A DNA stretch of 64,000 nt from NCBI GenBank assembly GCA_963789265.1, contig CAWBKB010000006.1, positions 1 to 64,000 on the forward strand, read 5' to 3'. How positions within the stretch are numbered: position 1 is the stretch's first letter; the number at the start of each line of letters is the position of its first letter. A program made the position numbers and the translations under genes. The stretch is from an uncultured delta proteobacterium. GTDB lineage: Bacteria; Desulfobacterota; Desulfomonilia; Desulfomonilales; Desulfomonilaceae. Of this stretch, positions 61,499 through 64,000 are shown one piece after another. The notes below the pieces were generated by a model. It was given only the letters and a program-made list of their open reading frames with translations, had not been told where the DNA came from and did no database searches.

Positions 61499-62917
61499 TC
61501 AAAGTTCCTTCTCTCGGAAGTACGCAGACACCGGGCCATCGGCACTGACTGCGATTGCCAATCCGAACTTCGAAGCAAATCGTGCTGCTGTCGTACGAGC
61601 GCCCTCATCCTCTTTAGCCGCTCGGCGCCCTTGAACTCGCAATATGGTACCGAACGTAATCAATTTGCCCGTGCGGTCGACAATCAGTGCTCCGTCCACG
61701 GCGGCCAAAGCAGTCAGTATATCAACACCGATGTCACTGACACAGCGATTCCGAAACTGCTCGAGGAGAAAGTCTTTTGGCCGAAGCATCAGGTCGCTCA
61801 CAATGGGTTTTGTAAGCGTCGGAATGCCTTTCTTACCGAGACGCCTTTCCTCGTTCTCAATTCTGGTCGGTCCAGGGAGATTAAGAGCGGAAGCCACGCA
61901 GAGATCCTTTTCGATCAATTTTTGTGGGTCTTCAACGATCAAAAGCAATCCACCTTGCCCGGTCTCATGCAACTGCCTGGCGACTTCCCAAATGATTTGA
62001 TTCGAGCCGATCAGTGACGGCTCTCGATCGTGCACAAGGCTTTTCTTAGTTTCGATATCGATGTAACTCCATCTTCCATCGCTGTAAAGAAGACGAAGAG
62101 CACTGCCGACTCGAAACTCGAGTAGCCCACGCCTCGCGATACGCCAGCTACATGTGGGTTCCACCATATTGTATAAGGACTCCACCGAAAACAGTCCCAG
62201 GAATTCGCCACAGCCGCCAAAGACGAAGACGGTTCTCTTCCCGTCACTTAACTTGCGGCTGAACCTAGGTTGGGTGCGGAGATCAAGCCCATTGTGAATA
62301 TAAGGCAACCAGCGAAGTCGATTTGTGTCACTAGATTTGATGAAGACGATTCCCGCCGTGGCATGCTGGCCTTCATACTCCTGGACGAGAAGATTCTGCA
62401 AAGCGCCCAAGATTTCCCGGTGTAGGTAACTTGCCGGATGACTCCAGGCGTCCCAGAAGCCCTCATCGGACCACATATCATGATTTGCTACAAGCATTGC
62501 AAAGCGGCTGACCGCCTGGTCGGTCAAGGCAAAGGATGCGAGGTGAGCCAGTTCGTCGGAAGGTTTACTGAACGAACGCAGGAGGGCAAATAGGAGACGC
62601 TGGTATTCGATTAGAAGAAGCCTTTGATGAGGATGCATGGAACTGTTTTCCTTGCCTCGCACGCGACGTCTTATCAGAGGGCCTGCGTCAGCGCCCCAGG
62701 CCGGAGTGACAATCTCAGGGCCTCGAGATCCGTATGGATTTTTCTGGGCGACTCTCTCTTTAGTGGCTTCAAGCCCCATAGCAGAGAGGAATTCATCTGC
62801 AGCGAAGCCCACTCTAGCTGCAGCCCCCCAGTAGCGCGAATCTCGAAGCGCGCGAAAGCGCCGCATAGCATCGGTCATGGTCGGAATTATTCGGGTCTCA
62901 TACGCGGTTAAGTCCAA
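61499..62917 (-). CDS. DisA_N/DAC (diadenylate cyclase-like) domain protein with uncharacterised N-terminal region
   Basis: C-terminal LAAVDGALIVD..G..FGTIL, GARTTAA and IAVSADG motifs; N-terminal EYEG motif. Confidence 0.75.
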   Translation of the reverse strand: MDLTAYETRIIPTMTDAMRRFRALRDSRYWGAAARVGFAADEFLSAMGLEATKERVAQKNPYGSRGPEIVTPAWGADAGPLIRRRVRGKENSSMHPHQRLLLIEYQRLLFALLRSFSKPSDELAHLASFALTDQAVSRFAMLVANHDMWSDEGFWDAWSHPASYLHREILGALQNLLVQEYEGQHATAGIVFIKSSDTNRLRWLPYIHNGLDLRTQPRFSRKLSDGKRTVFVFGGCGEFLGLFSVESLYNMVEPTCSWRIARRGLLEFRVGSALRLLYSDGRWSYIDIETKKSLVHDREPSLIGSNQIIWEVARQLHETGQGGLLLIVEDPQKLIEKDLCVASALNLPGPTRIENEERRLGKKGIPTLTKPIVSDLMLRPKDFLLEQFRNRCVSDIGVDILTALAAVDGALIVDRTGKLITFGTILRVQGRRAAKEDEGARTTAARFASKFGLAIAVSADGPVSAYFREKEL

Positions 62918-63158
62918 TGACTTTCCTTGTAGATTTCCTCGTCAGGATATCGGGTAGTTAGAACCAAGTCTCTTCCACAAATACGCCCCGGATGGTCCGA
63001 AGGAAGGACGTCCCCGGGAAGATGACAGATCGGTCTTTGAATGTATCCTCCGGATACTGAGCACAGGGCTCGCCGGAAAGATCTTCCTAAGAAGGTATCC
63101 GCCTCCTTTAACTTGTTGACAGCGTCTCCATGAACGGTAGGGGAGTGCTCCCGTGTGC

Positions 63159-64000
63159 TTATTCCTCATCCTCAGGATCGCCGAGACTCACCGGAATGGG
63201 ACTCACCTTCCAGATTTCATCGCAATACTGTCGAATCGTGCGATCTGATGAGAATTTACCCATTCGAGCTGCATTGAGGATCGACATTCGTGTCCAGCTA
63301 TCGCTATCCCGGTAAGTCTGACTGACACGATCCTGACAGTCCACGTACGATTGATAATCGGCGAACAGAAGGTATTCGTCATGATAGAGCAGCGAATCAA
63401 CAAGAGGCTTGAAAAGTTGAGAATCCCCAGCAGAATAATGTCCTGATGCGATGAGGTCAATGACGCCTTTCAATTGATCATTCCCTTCGTAAAAAGCACG
63501 TGCATGATAACCTCGAGATTTAAGATCGTATACCTCCTTGGCCGTGAGACCGAAAAGGAAGAAATTCTCAGGTCCTACTTCTTCTCTGATCTCGACATTG
63601 GCGCCGTCCAAAGTGCCGATTGTGAGCGCTCCATTCATCGAGAACTTCATGTTTCCGGTTCCTGAAGCCTCCTCTCCGGCTGTGGAGATCTGTTCGGAGA
63701 GGTCAGCAGCAGGGTAAATCAATTGCGAGTTTTTTACGTTGAAGTTGGGGAAGAAGACCACTTTGATGCGATCTCGCACGTCCGGATCGTTGTTCACGAC
63801 GTTGGCTACAGCGTTGATCAGTCTAATGATCATCTTCGCCATAAAATAACCTGGTGCGGCTTTTCCTCCGAAAACAAAGGTTCGTGGCACAATCTCCACG
63901 TTGGGGTTCTGCTTTATCCGATTGTACAATGTCAGAATGTGCAGCACGTTGAGGTGTTGCCGCTTGTATTCGTGAAAACGTTTTACCTGGATATCGAAAA
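63159..64000 (-). CDS. glgP: Glycogen/starch phosphorylase, C-terminal part (5' end lies outside the window)
   Basis: [39 protein letters not shown] and FSSDRTI motifs. Confidence 0.95.
   Translation of the reverse strand, partial: FDIQVKRFHEYKRQHLNVLHILTLYNRIKQNPNVEIVPRTFVFGGKAAPGYFMAKMIIRLINAVANVVNNDPDVRDRIKVVFFPNFNVKNSQLIYPAADLSEQISTAGEEASGTGNMKFSMNGALTIGTLDGANVEIREEVGPENFFLFGLTAKEVYDLKSRGYHARAFYEGNDQLKGVIDLIASGHYSAGDSQLFKPLVDSLLYHDEYLLFADYQSYVDCQDRVSQTYRDSDSWTRMSILNAARMGKFSSDRTIRQYCDEIWKVSPIPVSLGDPEDEE

Noticed and set aside
62985..63022. GGTCCGAAGGAAGGAC as SRP (4.5S) RNA
   Set aside because: It lacks the full CAGGTCCGGAAGGAAGCAGC domain IV motif and the long flanking helix.

Overview
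A 64-kb chromosomal window from an anaerobic deltaproteobacterium. Desulfomonile-like (Desulfobacterota) is my inference from gene content and an N-terminal repeat motif. It holds an acyl-CoA catabolism cluster (CoA ligase, LivG/LivF-type ABC ATPases, thiolase, 4-hydroxybutyryl-CoA dehydratase-type enzyme, SDR, carboxyltransferase), DNA repair genes (mutL, ruvB, yebC-ruvC-ruvA), iorAB, a ClpX paralog, rpsU, a HigBA-like toxin-antitoxin pair and the 3' end of glgP. Many REP palindromes and small MITEs lie between genes, several nested inside each other. Several genes carry single-base frameshifts that look like sequencing indels. Best leads: (1) a YccU-type CoA-binding protein whose conserved Cys codon is an in-frame TGA followed by a SECIS-like hairpin (candidate selenoprotein); (2) a standalone, ~260-nt, highly base-paired ncRNA candidate at ~50.87-51.13 kb; (3) a FabV-like reductase fused to a FabZ-like dehydratase; (4) a GT2 / ParB-like / SplB-like radical SAM / cytoplasmic PLC-P1-fold gene run next to an atypical diadenylate cyclase; (5) a rhodanese-ICMT/MddA-like fusion; (6) an apparent inversion separating ruvB from ruvA. 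All calls come from reading the sequence; no database searches were run.
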